A stretch of 64,000 bases of DNA from a bacterium (GTDB lineage Bacteria; Patescibacteriota; WWE3; 2-01-FULL-39-13; JAACPI01): contig JAACPI010000002.1 of NCBI GenBank assembly GCA_009995545.1, positions 78,316 to 142,315 on the forward strand. The letters are read 5' to 3'. Made by a program: the position numbers and the translations under genes. Below, one piece after another: positions 18,099-28,159 of this stretch (its first letter is position 1; each line of letters begins with the position of its first letter). Under the pieces are notes generated by a model. That model searched no databases. It was not told where the DNA came from and saw nothing but the letters and a program-made list of their open reading frames with translations.

Positions 18099-18852
18099 TT
18101 TTATTAAACCAAGGAATTAGAATGCTTGTTTTAGATTTATAATCAACATAGCTTTTATCTTTTCCCCATTTTTTATCAGCATACTTTTCTAAGGGAGGTA
18201 TACCTGTAGCAAAAAGTAATAAAACGACAATAAACAAAGGGCCGCTTAAAGCTATTATTTGAAATAAAAAGGAAAGAGATGGGAAAACAAAAATATAAAT
18301 ACCTAACCAACAGAGTATTTCACCAAAATAATTTGGGTGTCTAGAGTATTTCCATAAACCAACGTTAATAAACTTGTCTTTGTTAGAAGGATTTTGTGTA
18401 AATTTATACTTTTGTAAATCTGCAAAAGATTCTATTATCAAACCAAAAAGCCAAATAGATATACCGGGCATAAAAACACTTTTATTATCACTTTGAATAA
18501 ATAATAAAGAAGGTAATAAAATAACCCATACCGCTAGACCTTGTAAAACCCAAAACCTTAGAAAGGCAAAAAACGATTCTCTAATACCATCAAAGCGCTT
18601 GTCTTTGGTTATTTTTCTGATCCGAATAAATAAAAACGCGCCAAGCCGCACACCCCACAAAAAAACTGCAAGCCAAACAACTATATTTAAGGGAACAATA
18701 GAATTTTTTAATAATGAAAAGGTAATTAAAAAAATGAAAGTTAAAGAATAGCTTAAGTCAGTAAGTTTATCTGTTTTGTATATAAAGGCAGGAATAAACA
18801 TTAGTATGTTTATTAAAAGTGCAAAGGTCAAATATGTTATTAAAGTACCCAT
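18091..18852 (-). CDS. Polytopic membrane protein of the DUF1295 / steroid-5-alpha-reductase / ICMT-like methyltransferase fold
   Basis: 253 aa, multi-TM. GLWKYSRHPNYFGEILCWLGIYIF contains the RHPxYxG(E) signature of this superfamily. Confidence 0.55.
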   Translation of the reverse strand: MGTLITYLTFALLINILMFIPAFIYKTDKLTDLSYSLTFIFLITFSLLKNSIVPLNIVVWLAVFLWGVRLGAFLFIRIRKITKDKRFDGIRESFFAFLRFWVLQGLAVWVILLPSLLFIQSDNKSVFMPGISIWLFGLIIESFADLQKYKFTQNPSNKDKFINVGLWKYSRHPNYFGEILCWLGIYIFVFPSLSFLFQIIALSGPLFIVVLLLFATGIPPLEKYADKKWGKDKSYVDYKSKTSILIPWFNKNA

Positions 18853-18867
18853 AAATTAATTATACAA

Positions 18868-19371
18868 CTAACTTTTACCAAAATAAGGTTGGGTTAGAAT
18901 TTGAACCTGGTCTTTCTTGTAAGGTTTAATTAAGTAAATCTCTTCAAAAATAATGGAATGTGCTTCATGTATTTGTAAAATAGGATTAAAATTGTTATCA
19001 ATAAAAATCGGATCTTCATAACCATAAAGTAAGCTAGGGGTAAAGGGCAAACAGAACACAGTATTATCTATAAAATGCTTTTTTATTAATATGGAAAATT
19101 CTAATATTACGTAATCTTTTGTATCAATATTTTCGGATATTAATACCGAGTTAATTTCTTTTTTGTTTTTAATTAAAGGTTTTAGAGTATCTATGTTTTT
19201 TGTAAAAGTAACGTCTGTTAATACGGCCCCTTCTTTTTTAAAAAAACTAAATTTGAATAGGTTTATTTTTAGGCTATTCGCTACAAACTTTTTTACAGCT
19301 ACATACTCAGAATCTTGCAAAACCCTAGGCGCATTAATATTTTCGGCGTAATCTGTATAATACCTTTTCAT
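18868..19371 (-). CDS. Hypothetical protein
   Basis: 167-aa ORF in the same minus-strand string; no motif. Confidence 0.35.
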   Translation of the reverse strand: MKRYYTDYAENINAPRVLQDSEYVAVKKFVANSLKINLFKFSFFKKEGAVLTDVTFTKNIDTLKPLIKNKKEINSVLISENIDTKDYVILEFSILIKKHFIDNTVFCLPFTPSLLYGYEDPIFIDNNFNPILQIHEAHSIIFEEIYLIKPYKKDQVQILTQPYFGKS

Positions 19372-19388
19372 AGAAAATAAATTAAAGG

Positions 19389-20330
19389 TTAAGGAAGTTC
19401 CAATTTTAAGGAATCAATCACGGAATCAATAACTGGCTTTGTTTTTTGTAAGTATTCTTTGTTATATTCCTCGGATTTTTCTACATCACCCACAATAGAT
19501 GTAGGATCTTCATAAGAAATAACAAATATTCCCTCCCCATAGTTTAAATAGTATGAGACCATATTTACCTGGGCTTGTTTTGTTGGGGTAGCAACTAGGG
19601 CTTCTCGATCTAAAATCTTTCCTTCCTTCACCAGATAAAAATCTTTATCAATTAAGCTATCACTCGAAATCAAGGAAGGATAAAACCTTAATTGTAAAAA
19701 ATACCCAAAAGACTCTGGCAAGGACAAATTAACCACCCAAGCACTATCATAGTTATCTTCATTCAAGGTTACATAACTGGGGTAATTAAAGCTTATTTTA
19801 TACTCTTCATTTGTAAAATTTTTTGAATCATCTTTTATAACAGTAACTACTTTTTGATTATCCTCCCCGGGAGTGGTAACAGAAATTTTAGTCCCCGCAC
19901 TAAAACTAAGACCTATAGCTGTTTTAATTTGGTCCAAGGATAATCGTATTTCTGAGGTATGCAATATTTCACAGTAATTATCGTATTGGTTGTGGGATAG
20001 AATTGCATTAAAAATAGGGGGCTCTTGTAGGGTCATGTAAGGTGAAAAATACAAGGTAAATGAATGTTCCGCACAACCGCTGTAACTAATGTCGAACACA
20101 AGATCATTATTCTTAAATCCGAGGGAGTTTACGCTTATGTTCTCACTATTTTTAAATCTTGAGACATCTTCAGGATTTAAAACTTGGATGTTTACTTTAT
20201 CAACGATTTCTTCAAATGGCTGTTTAGAAGGATTTGAATAGTTATTTTTATCTTTGTACAAGTAAACTCCGAGTACGAAAGTTACAAAACAAAGTATTAA
20301 TAATGCGAGTAAAACCCATTTATATTTCAT
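19389..20330 (-). CDS. Membrane-anchored (N-terminal TM) extracytoplasmic hypothetical protein
   Basis: 313 aa. N-terminal WVLLALLILCFVTFVLGVYLY anchor. Confidence 0.4.
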   Translation of the reverse strand: MKYKWVLLALLILCFVTFVLGVYLYKDKNNYSNPSKQPFEEIVDKVNIQVLNPEDVSRFKNSENISVNSLGFKNNDLVFDISYSGCAEHSFTLYFSPYMTLQEPPIFNAILSHNQYDNYCEILHTSEIRLSLDQIKTAIGLSFSAGTKISVTTPGEDNQKVVTVIKDDSKNFTNEEYKISFNYPSYVTLNEDNYDSAWVVNLSLPESFGYFLQLRFYPSLISSDSLIDKDFYLVKEGKILDREALVATPTKQAQVNMVSYYLNYGEGIFVISYEDPTSIVGDVEKSEEYNKEYLQKTKPVIDSVIDSLKLELP

Positions 20331-20527
20331 ATAAGTGTGACTTTAATATATATTCTACCAAGAAATTGGCAACTATTCACCTTAACTAAAGTAAATTAAA
20401 CCTATATTTGCTTTAAGCAATTTATGCTAATATCGATTTATGCAGATACTTTATAACGGCGCAATCGGAAGTTAGTCGCTAGTTAATTATTTTATAATAA
20501 CTCTTTCAAGTAATTTTTAGATATTTT

Positions 20528-21067
20528 GTGGTCTTTTTTAAAAAATATAATTTAGTTGGTGCCAAAAAGTGTGATACAGAAGATGTTTATAGGGTAATTA
20601 ATACTGCAAACGAATGGTTACTAAGCAGGGGGATGGATCAGTGGCAAGATTACTACACGAAGGAACTTGTTAGAAGTAACATTATCAATAAGGAAGTGTT
20701 GCTAGTAACCCAAAAAGTAGAACCAGTAGCAACTGTGACTATATCTACAAACCCCCCAAATTATTATTTAGCAGAGAATAATCCAGAAAATTTTGACTAC
20801 AGCAGCTTATTTATTAACCCAACAAAACAAGCATTATATATCTCTGCTTTGGCGGTTATACCAAAATTCCAGGGCAAGGGTATAGCAAAAGAACTTGTTA
20901 AAATAATTGAACAAAAAGCCAAAGAGAGTCAAATTAATTTCATAAGGCTAGATGCTCGAGGAGACTACAAAGAGTTAATCAATTTTTATTTGAAACTAGG
21001 CTTTATAAAAGTTGGGGAATTACCGGAACCAGATACAAGCTACTTTTTAATGGAAAAGACTTTTTAA
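20528..21067 (+). CDS. GNAT-family N-acetyltransferase
   Basis: 179 aa. ALAVIPKFQGKGIAKELV is the acetyl-CoA binding motif A (Q/RxxGxG/A). Confidence 0.7.
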   Translation: MVFFKKYNLVGAKKCDTEDVYRVINTANEWLLSRGMDQWQDYYTKELVRSNIINKEVLLVTQKVEPVATVTISTNPPNYYLAENNPENFDYSSLFINPTKQALYISALAVIPKFQGKGIAKELVKIIEQKAKESQINFIRLDARGDYKELINFYLKLGFIKVGELPEPDTSYFLMEKTF

Positions 21068-21506
21068 ACCAACATAAAACCCTTAATTATATCTTTCAAA
21101 AGCGGGTAGGTGGTTTTTGCACTATTTATACCTCCCTTCTTTTGTATATAACTTACCAACTAGCTTTTGTTAAAACTAAAGACTGCGGATTGAACTGATT
21201 TTTTATTAATACAATAATTTATTCTTTTTTCATCAATCATTGTAATTTTATCCTCTTTAGCAAAGTTTTTAGCCAAATCTGTATAAAAAATATCTCTTGT
21301 GGGAACAAAATAGTGTGGTGAGAGTACACCAACCTTTTTAAAATCTAGTTGAACAACTCGCTTCGGGGGTAAATCCTACCACTCATTAATAGCTAACAGT
21401 ATCGTGACTAAAATCTCCTTTAAATTCAAGGGCACCACTTTTAACCTGATAAATAACTATATTATTTTTAAGGAAACGTGGCGGAAAAGTTTTGGTAAAA
21501 ATAAAG

Positions 21507-22122
21507 CTACTTTATAGATTTAAGTAAGGTATTTAATTCAGATAAAGCGTTAGTATCATTTATAACTTTCCAGTTTTTATCTAGTGCATACTGCAATAAA
21601 TTTTTTGTAGGATTTAAACAAATAGGGCTTTCCACCTGCTGAAGCATACCGATATCATTTTCAGAATCACCAATAGCTATTGAGTTCTTTTTGCCATATT
21701 TTAGTACCAAACTACTAACTACTTGCTTATCACCTGCCAACGAATTTTTTAACAACTGCCTGAGCAATAAATTTAGTATTAGCTGTAATTAAATAAACGT
21801 CATAAGTTTTTTTTAAGTCAGGTAATATTAAATTAAAATAACTAAAAAAACTATCAGGATTAGAATTAAAGTAATTAATAGAATCATATAAAAGATCGGA
21901 GTATTTAATTCCTTTTAGAGACTTACAAAAAACCTCTAGCATACCACTTAATGTCTGATTATAAGAAAGATCTTCGCTTTTATACTTACTTAGTAGAGTA
22001 AGTATTTCCTCTTCAACAGCAGGAATTATTCTTTCCAATTCGATTTCATATTTAACGATGTCCAAAAAAGATTGCCCGTTATATATCACATGATCAAAAT
22101 CGAATAGTGCCAAGTTTTTCAT
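21507..22122 (-). pseudogene. HAD-superfamily hydrolase (Cof/SerB-like) interrupted by a frameshift; two overlapping ORFs 21730..22122 and 21507..21767
   Basis: N-fragment has motif I (LFDFDHVIY). C-fragment has motifs III/IV (K...IAIGDSENDIGML). The two frames overlap by 38 nt, consistent with a single-base indel. Confidence 0.55.
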
Positions 22123-22138
22123 AGGGAGTATAAATATT

Positions 22139-22804
22139 TTACTCTAGCTCGCTACATGTCGAGGCAAAAACAAGGGTCGACAAAATTTTTAATTGTTCTG
22201 TGAAATTATTTTTATTAATTGATCTCAAACCAACTCTGTACCCAGTATCGCCTAAGTTTACCTCAACAAAATATTTTTCTTTTTTACTTAAAGAGTCTTG
22301 TTCCTCTCTACCAAGTAGCTTAACCATGGAGTAATTTTGAACAACGTTTTCTGGCAGCTTTATTAAATCAAATTTTAAGCAGCCTATATTTGCACAGTAG
22401 TCACCCATATAATCCCAGTTAAATTTTACCGAATTTTCAACAGAGTCAGTAACATTAAAGAATCGACCATCGTCGCTAACCTGTAACAAATAGCTAGGTG
22501 GGTATTGAAATTTTAAACAACCATTAAATTTGTTTTCATCGTTATTGTTTGCGTATGTAAAAGTTTCCCATCCGGTATAATAAGTAAAATATTTTTGACT
22601 TCTTAAGGCGTCTATCTTATAGGGGTACAAATCTTTAATTACCTGTAAAGGTAAATCTTTAGTGGTATCACTTTTATCAATAGCGTTTTGTAACGAAGAT
22701 ATTTTGCCGTTTAATACTCTTAACTTACTAGATTGATCAATTAAAACAAATACTATAAAAATTAAAGAAACAGCAAGCAAATATAATAAAACTTGTTTAA
22801 CCAT
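22139..22804 (-). CDS. Membrane-anchored hypothetical protein
   Basis: 221 aa. N-terminal VLLYLLAVSLIFIVFVLI anchor; Cys-containing ectodomain. Confidence 0.4.
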   Translation of the reverse strand: MVKQVLLYLLAVSLIFIVFVLIDQSSKLRVLNGKISSLQNAIDKSDTTKDLPLQVIKDLYPYKIDALRSQKYFTYYTGWETFTYANNNDENKFNGCLKFQYPPSYLLQVSDDGRFFNVTDSVENSVKFNWDYMGDYCANIGCLKFDLIKLPENVVQNYSMVKLLGREEQDSLSKKEKYFVEVNLGDTGYRVGLRSINKNNFTEQLKILSTLVFASTCSELE

Positions 22805-22930
22805 ACACTAAGTTATAGTAGTCCCTTGAAGATTATAAATAAAGATAGTTGTGTAATATTAAAAACAAAGTTGCTACATATCTAACCCCAACACTACCCG
22901 AAACTCAGTACCTATGATATTATTTTAAAT

Positions 22931-23404
22931 ATGCATGAAAAATTTATGAGGGTAGCTATTGAAGAGGCAAAAAGATCTTTGGTGGCAGGAGGAACTCCAC
23001 TTGCAGCAATAATGGTCAAAGATGGCAAAGTTATTGCAGTAGGCCATGCTCAGGTTGGAAAACTTAGGGATCCAACTGCCCACGGAGAAGCGGAATGTAT
23101 AAAAATTGCGGTTAAAGCTTTAAATAGTTTAGATTTAGCAGGGTGCACTATGTACTCGACTGTAGAAACTTGTAGTATGTGTTTAAGTTGTGGTGCATGG
23201 TCTGGATTAACTAAAGTAGTATTTGGAGCTTTTAAAGAAGACATTGTCGGTAACCCCTACGAATTTAAAAATTACCACGCAATAGAGCATGTTAAAAATT
23301 TACAAGTTCCTTGGACAAGTGAAAATATTGAAATTATAGGTGGAGTGCTAAAAAAAGATTGTGCAGAGTTAATGAAAAATTTTAAAAACTGGGCCCCAAA
23401 TTAG
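22931..23404 (+). CDS. CDA-fold zinc deaminase (cytosine/guanine deaminase or TadA-like)
   Basis: 157 aa. HGEAE (H-x-E zinc/catalytic motif) and TCSMCLSC (PCxxC-type zinc ligands) at the correct spacing. Confidence 0.75.
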   Translation: MHEKFMRVAIEEAKRSLVAGGTPLAAIMVKDGKVIAVGHAQVGKLRDPTAHGEAECIKIAVKALNSLDLAGCTMYSTVETCSMCLSCGAWSGLTKVVFGAFKEDIVGNPYEFKNYHAIEHVKNLQVPWTSENIEIIGGVLKKDCAELMKNFKNWAPN

Positions 23405-24091
23405 ATGTTAAAGTATCTCCCCTTCTTTAAATTTTCACAAAAAACGATAGTTAATGAAGTAATTTTACTTTTTAATGCCCTATCATCAATTTTTGTAAGT
23501 TTATCTTTTTGGCTGTCTTGGAATAAATTCTATTTAATAGGACACACAGAATTCATAATTGTAATAACCCTAACCTTCGTAATATTTATTTTAAGTGTTT
23601 TTTATTACTTAAAGAAAAATACTAAGTACGTTTGTAAAATTAGTGACAAATATTTTTGGCTCTACCCTCCGTATATAAACTTACCTATCAGTATGGCACT
23701 TTCAGTTTACACTACATCAATTTTTTCTAATGCTTACAGAGAAGAGTGGTTAAAAATGCTAAAGGAAATGGACACCGTCTACTCACAGCTTGGGCAAATA
23801 TTGCTTTACCTCATAGTGTTAATACCCTCTGTATTATTGGGTGTTTATTTAATAAATAAAATAATTACAAAATTTAAAAAGTACAAAATTGCACTTAGTG
23901 CAATTATCAGCTTAATTTTAGTATTAGTTTTAGGTTTACCTATAGGGTTGGTGAATAACATAGAAACATCCTCCTTTGGTGATAAAATATATTTATTAGC
24001 TGAATATGGTGTAAAAATGATTATCGGTTTTGCACCTTTAGCCTGGTTCTATGCAATATATAAAACACCTAACATAGAGCATAGAAAATAG
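23405..24091 (+). CDS. Polytopic membrane protein, hypothetical
   Basis: 228 aa with ~6 hydrophobic helices. Start abuts the deaminase stop. Confidence 0.45.
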   Translation: MLKYLPFFKFSQKTIVNEVILLFNALSSIFVSLSFWLSWNKFYLIGHTEFIIVITLTFVIFILSVFYYLKKNTKYVCKISDKYFWLYPPYINLPISMALSVYTTSIFSNAYREEWLKMLKEMDTVYSQLGQILLYLIVLIPSVLLGVYLINKIITKFKKYKIALSAIISLILVLVLGLPIGLVNNIETSSFGDKIYLLAEYGVKMIIGFAPLAWFYAIYKTPNIEHRK

Positions 24092-24105
24092 CAGTATACA
24101 AGATC

Positions 24106-25788
24106 TTAAAAATCACTAGGTTTTATTTCTTTTATTACCAATTGAGGATAAACATTCCCATTCCACTCATTTTTATCATAATTAAAAAGTAAGTCGTATG
24201 TTTCACTATTTGTAAGGCTGGGCAAATATTTAGCTCCACCAAAAAATATACTTCGTATTCCTGTGTCCTTTAGAGTAAAGGATATGTGGTCGCCACTACT
24301 TCCTAGCAATTTAAAGTCATCTAACAAGGCATTTGAAAGTCTAAAAACAGGTTTAGTGTTTCCATTTCCATAGGGTTCTAAAAAATCTAAAAAGTTTAAA
24401 AATTCGTCATTTAAAAATTCTGATTGTACCTGACAATCGTAAATTAATTTAGGGACTAATAAATCTTTGTTAATCAAACTAGAAGTACTTTCTTTTAATG
24501 CAGTAATAAAATTTTCAAAATTTTCTTTTTTAATACTAAAACCAGCAGCCTGAGGATGACCCCCCCAGTTTTCTAAATGGCTACTAACAGATGCCAGTAT
24601 TTTAGTAATATCTACCCCAGGAACTGATCTACAAGACCCTTTTCCCTCCTCACCCTCCCAGGCAATTGTTAAACTTGGTTTAAAAAAGTTTTGTACGAGG
24701 CGAGAGCTTATTAAACCAATAACACCCTCGTGAAAATTTTGCGAGTGAGGAACAATAACCAAATCATTTTCCGAAAGCCCCATAAATTTTCCATTTGAAA
24801 TACCGCTTAAAGCCTCTTCGTACATAGTTTTTGTACTGTCCTGTCGATCAGTATTTATGCTATTTAAATCAACTGCTAAAGAGTCAGCTAAAGATTGTTC
24901 TTTTGTGGTAAGTAAATCAAATGAAATTTTTGGATCGAGCATTCTTCCACTAGCATTTAACCTTGGGCCTATCAGCCAACCATAATCAAATGATGAAAGT
25001 TTAGCAACTTTTTTATTCGCAGAATTTAAGATGCTTTTTAAGCCTGGCCTAGGCTTTAAATTAGATAAGTCTAAAGATTTTATAGTTACTGACCTGCCAA
25101 CTACATTACTTAAGTCTCCAAGGTCACACACGTATCCAAGACCTGCAAGATCAACACCCGAATCTAAATCAACACTACCTACTATTTTTAACTGCATAAA
25201 CTTAATAAAAAAATATGTTAAAACTGAGGCTGTTAGTTTGTCATTCCAAAAAATAGCATCTGCACCGGGTAACTTTTTTTTAATTTGATGATGATCTATA
25301 ACAATAATTTTATAACCATCTTTTTGTGCCTCTTTAATAACCTCGTGAGAAGAAATACCGCAGTCTACCAAAATAATTAATGGAAAATCTTTAACGGGGT
25401 TTTTTTGTTTAATATCTGAATAAGACTTCCCGGAAAACCCATACCCATGATCAAACCTATTGGGTATAAAAACAGATATCAATTCATTAGCAAAACCCAT
25501 TTCTAAAAAACCCTCGAAGCCAATTGCACTGGAGGTAATACCATCAACATCGTAATCCCCGTGAATTACTATTCCTTTTTTATTTTTTAGCAGATCAACA
25601 ATTATTTTAGAGGCTTTTTTTAAATCTGTAATTTTGTAGTTAACAAGTGTGGGATCTTTAAAAACTTTTTTAAAATTAAATTCATTTATCTCTAACTCAT
25701 TTAAATTTCTATCGGCTAAAAGTGCCTGTTTTAATTCGATATAACTTTTAGGGGGTTTTAGTTTTGCTTCCCAAATAAGATTTTTCAT
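24106..25788 (-). CDS. recJ: Single-stranded-DNA-specific exonuclease RecJ
   Basis: 560 aa. DHH motifs HGDYDVDGITS, IVIDHHQ, and the DHHA1 GGHPQAAG block. Confidence 0.85.
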   Translation of the reverse strand: MKNLIWEAKLKPPKSYIELKQALLADRNLNELEINEFNFKKVFKDPTLVNYKITDLKKASKIIVDLLKNKKGIVIHGDYDVDGITSSAIGFEGFLEMGFANELISVFIPNRFDHGYGFSGKSYSDIKQKNPVKDFPLIILVDCGISSHEVIKEAQKDGYKIIVIDHHQIKKKLPGADAIFWNDKLTASVLTYFFIKFMQLKIVGSVDLDSGVDLAGLGYVCDLGDLSNVVGRSVTIKSLDLSNLKPRPGLKSILNSANKKVAKLSSFDYGWLIGPRLNASGRMLDPKISFDLLTTKEQSLADSLAVDLNSINTDRQDSTKTMYEEALSGISNGKFMGLSENDLVIVPHSQNFHEGVIGLISSRLVQNFFKPSLTIAWEGEEGKGSCRSVPGVDITKILASVSSHLENWGGHPQAAGFSIKKENFENFITALKESTSSLINKDLLVPKLIYDCQVQSEFLNDEFLNFLDFLEPYGNGNTKPVFRLSNALLDDFKLLGSSGDHISFTLKDTGIRSIFFGGAKYLPSLTNSETYDLLFNYDKNEWNGNVYPQLVIKEIKPSDF

Positions 25789-25852
25789 TGCATAATACTG
25801 GTTACTTATTAAATATGTATAAATTCCCTCTGAGAATTTTTAACTGATTTGT

Positions 25853-27307
25853 ATGTCTATAACTATACCTTATACTATTAACGTGGAGAACAAAAAAACA
25901 AAAATACTTGCAACCATAGGCCCAGCTACATCAGACCCCGAAATTTTACGTAAATTAATCGAAGACGGAGTTAATTTGTGCAGACTAAACTTAAAACACG
26001 GTGAACATAGTTGGCACGAAAACATTGCACACCAGGTTAGAAGTATAGCAGAAGACTTAGGTGTTCACATTCCCTTAATAGTAGATCTACAAGGCCCAGA
26101 TATAAGAACAGGAGAAGTATCTAGCCCAATACTAAAGTTAGTAGACGGCCAAAATGTTTTTGTAGAGACAAAGCTAACAGACAAACCATCTATAGAGCTT
26201 AAAAAGGAATATATAGAAGGATTAAAAACTGGACAAATAATTTTGATCGACGATGGAAGAATAAAATTAAGGGTTATTGAAAAAGTAAATACAACAAAGC
26301 TTGTGTGTGTAGTAGAAGAAGGAGGAGAAATAGGATCTAAAAAAAGTGTGTTTTTTCCCGGATTAAATTTAAATGTTCCTGCGGTCACCAAAAAAGATAT
26401 TGACGACGTTACTTTTGGCAAAAAAATAAATGCGGAATATGTAGCAATATCTTTTGTTAGAACCGCTAAAGATATTAAAGATTTTAAAAGAGAATTAGCT
26501 AAAATTAACTATAACCCAAAAATAATCAGCAAGATCGAAACACTAAAAGCTGTTAAAAATATTGATTCAATTATAAAAGAAAGTGATGCAATAATGGTAG
26601 CTAGAGGAGATTTAGGAGTAGAAATTCAGGTAGAAGCAGTACCAAGCGTACAAAAACAACTTATTAAAAAATGCATAATGGTAGGAAAACCCGTAATTGT
26701 TGCGACACAAATGTTAAAGAGTATGGTTAATTCACCAAATCCGACAAGGGCCGAGGTAAGTGATGTTGCTAACGCTGTTTTTGACAAAGCAGATGCTGTA
26801 ATGCTTTCTGAAGAAAGTGCTATAGGAAAATACCCGGTTAAAACGGTTAAGGTTATGGCTAAAACTTTAAGATACAGCGAAATAAATAATGAGAATGTAG
26901 ACGAAGAAAATATCAACAGGCTAGACATAGACACTCAACTTAAAGCTATTGTTAAAACAGCAAAGCATATGCAAGCATTTTTAAAACAGGCTGGTGAAAA
27001 AGTTAAATACTTTGTTATTTTAACCGAGTCTGGGATTACAGCTCAGTACCTATCTGCCACAAGACCTAATATACCAATTATTGCCTACAGCCAAGATTTA
27101 ACGGCAACAAGGCAGATGTCCTTACTGTACGGTGTTACCTCAGTGTGTATAAAATTTGAACCTACAGTAGACGAAAGTATTGCCTGCATTATAAAAAATC
27201 TACTAAAAGAAAAGGTTGTTAAACACGGGGATAAATTAATTTTTATATCGGGGCAAAATATTGGTAAAGCAGGACAAACAGATTCCCTACGTTGTTTAGA
27301 GGCTTAG
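25853..27307 (+). CDS. pyk: Pyruvate kinase
   Basis: 484 aa. KTKILATIGPAT, MVARGDLGVEI, VATQMLKSM signatures. Confidence 0.9.
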   Translation: MSITIPYTINVENKKTKILATIGPATSDPEILRKLIEDGVNLCRLNLKHGEHSWHENIAHQVRSIAEDLGVHIPLIVDLQGPDIRTGEVSSPILKLVDGQNVFVETKLTDKPSIELKKEYIEGLKTGQIILIDDGRIKLRVIEKVNTTKLVCVVEEGGEIGSKKSVFFPGLNLNVPAVTKKDIDDVTFGKKINAEYVAISFVRTAKDIKDFKRELAKINYNPKIISKIETLKAVKNIDSIIKESDAIMVARGDLGVEIQVEAVPSVQKQLIKKCIMVGKPVIVATQMLKSMVNSPNPTRAEVSDVANAVFDKADAVMLSEESAIGKYPVKTVKVMAKTLRYSEINNENVDEENINRLDIDTQLKAIVKTAKHMQAFLKQAGEKVKYFVILTESGITAQYLSATRPNIPIIAYSQDLTATRQMSLLYGVTSVCIKFEPTVDESIACIIKNLLKEKVVKHGDKLIFISGQNIGKAGQTDSLRCLEA

Positions 27308-28159
27308 TTATTTAACGCTTTTGTAACGTTTCTTTAATCTTTCCTCTTTTATAATTTTGTTTAAATAACTTCCTTCTACTAAAGATTTTTTTATTGGAAG
27401 AGTATTTGAAGTATAAAAGTTAAATAAACCCAACCATTGATCGAAATTTAAATCTAGAGGATTTGCCCTTAACGAAAATTTTAGGTCTTTAGATAATCTT
27501 TTTAGCTGAGTGTAAGTAAAAATATTTTTAAACACATTTTTATTACCCTTTCTCCAAACGCTTGTGCTGTAAACTATAAAGTCTTGGTATTCCTCAAGTA
27601 TGGGGGTATCGATCAAGCTAACTGACCTTTTAGACACAGAGGCAAAAACAATATCTACTTTAGGTGTTGGCTTAAATTTAGCTGAAGGAATAGATTCAAT
27701 AAAATTAAATGCATAAAAAGGTTTTAATAAAAGGGATAATTGGGTTTCTCTATTTTTACCATTATATTTCTCATAAACCTCCTTTTGTAAAATTAAATAA
27801 CTAATAATAGGACTCAGTTCATTAGAAAAATAAAGTTTTTTTAGAATTCTAGAACTGTAATTAAAAGGTATATTTGAAAAAACCTTATAATCGACTTTTG
27901 GCAACGTAAATTCTAAAAAGTTTAAATTATACTTTTGTAGATTATTGGATTCCGGAAGTTTAAAAAATAATTTAGGGTCGGATTCTATAGCAATTACTGA
28001 TCCTGCTTTATTAAGAATTTCGTTAGTAATAATTCCCCTGCCAAAACCAATATCTATTACTAAGTCCACCGACCTAATCTCGGCTTTATTTACAAGCCTC
28101 TTAACAAGTTTAGGGTCAGCTAAAAAGTTTTGAGAATGTCCAAAGTTTTCCTTGTACAT
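27308..28159 (-). CDS. rRNA adenine N6-dimethyltransferase family protein (KsgA/Erm family; Erm-like features)
   Basis: 283 aa. HSQNFLADPKLV...VIDIGFGRGIIT (SAM-binding), VFSNIPFNYSS (N/D-PP-Y/F substrate motif). C-terminal ...FDQWLGLFNFY resembles the Erm C-domain. Directly downstream of rpsG. Confidence 0.6.
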   Translation of the reverse strand: MYKENFGHSQNFLADPKLVKRLVNKAEIRSVDLVIDIGFGRGIITNEILNKAGSVIAIESDPKLFFKLPESNNLQKYNLNFLEFTLPKVDYKVFSNIPFNYSSRILKKLYFSNELSPIISYLILQKEVYEKYNGKNRETQLSLLLKPFYAFNFIESIPSAKFKPTPKVDIVFASVSKRSVSLIDTPILEEYQDFIVYSTSVWRKGNKNVFKNIFTYTQLKRLSKDLKFSLRANPLDLNFDQWLGLFNFYTSNTLPIKKSLVEGSYLNKIIKEERLKKRYKSVK

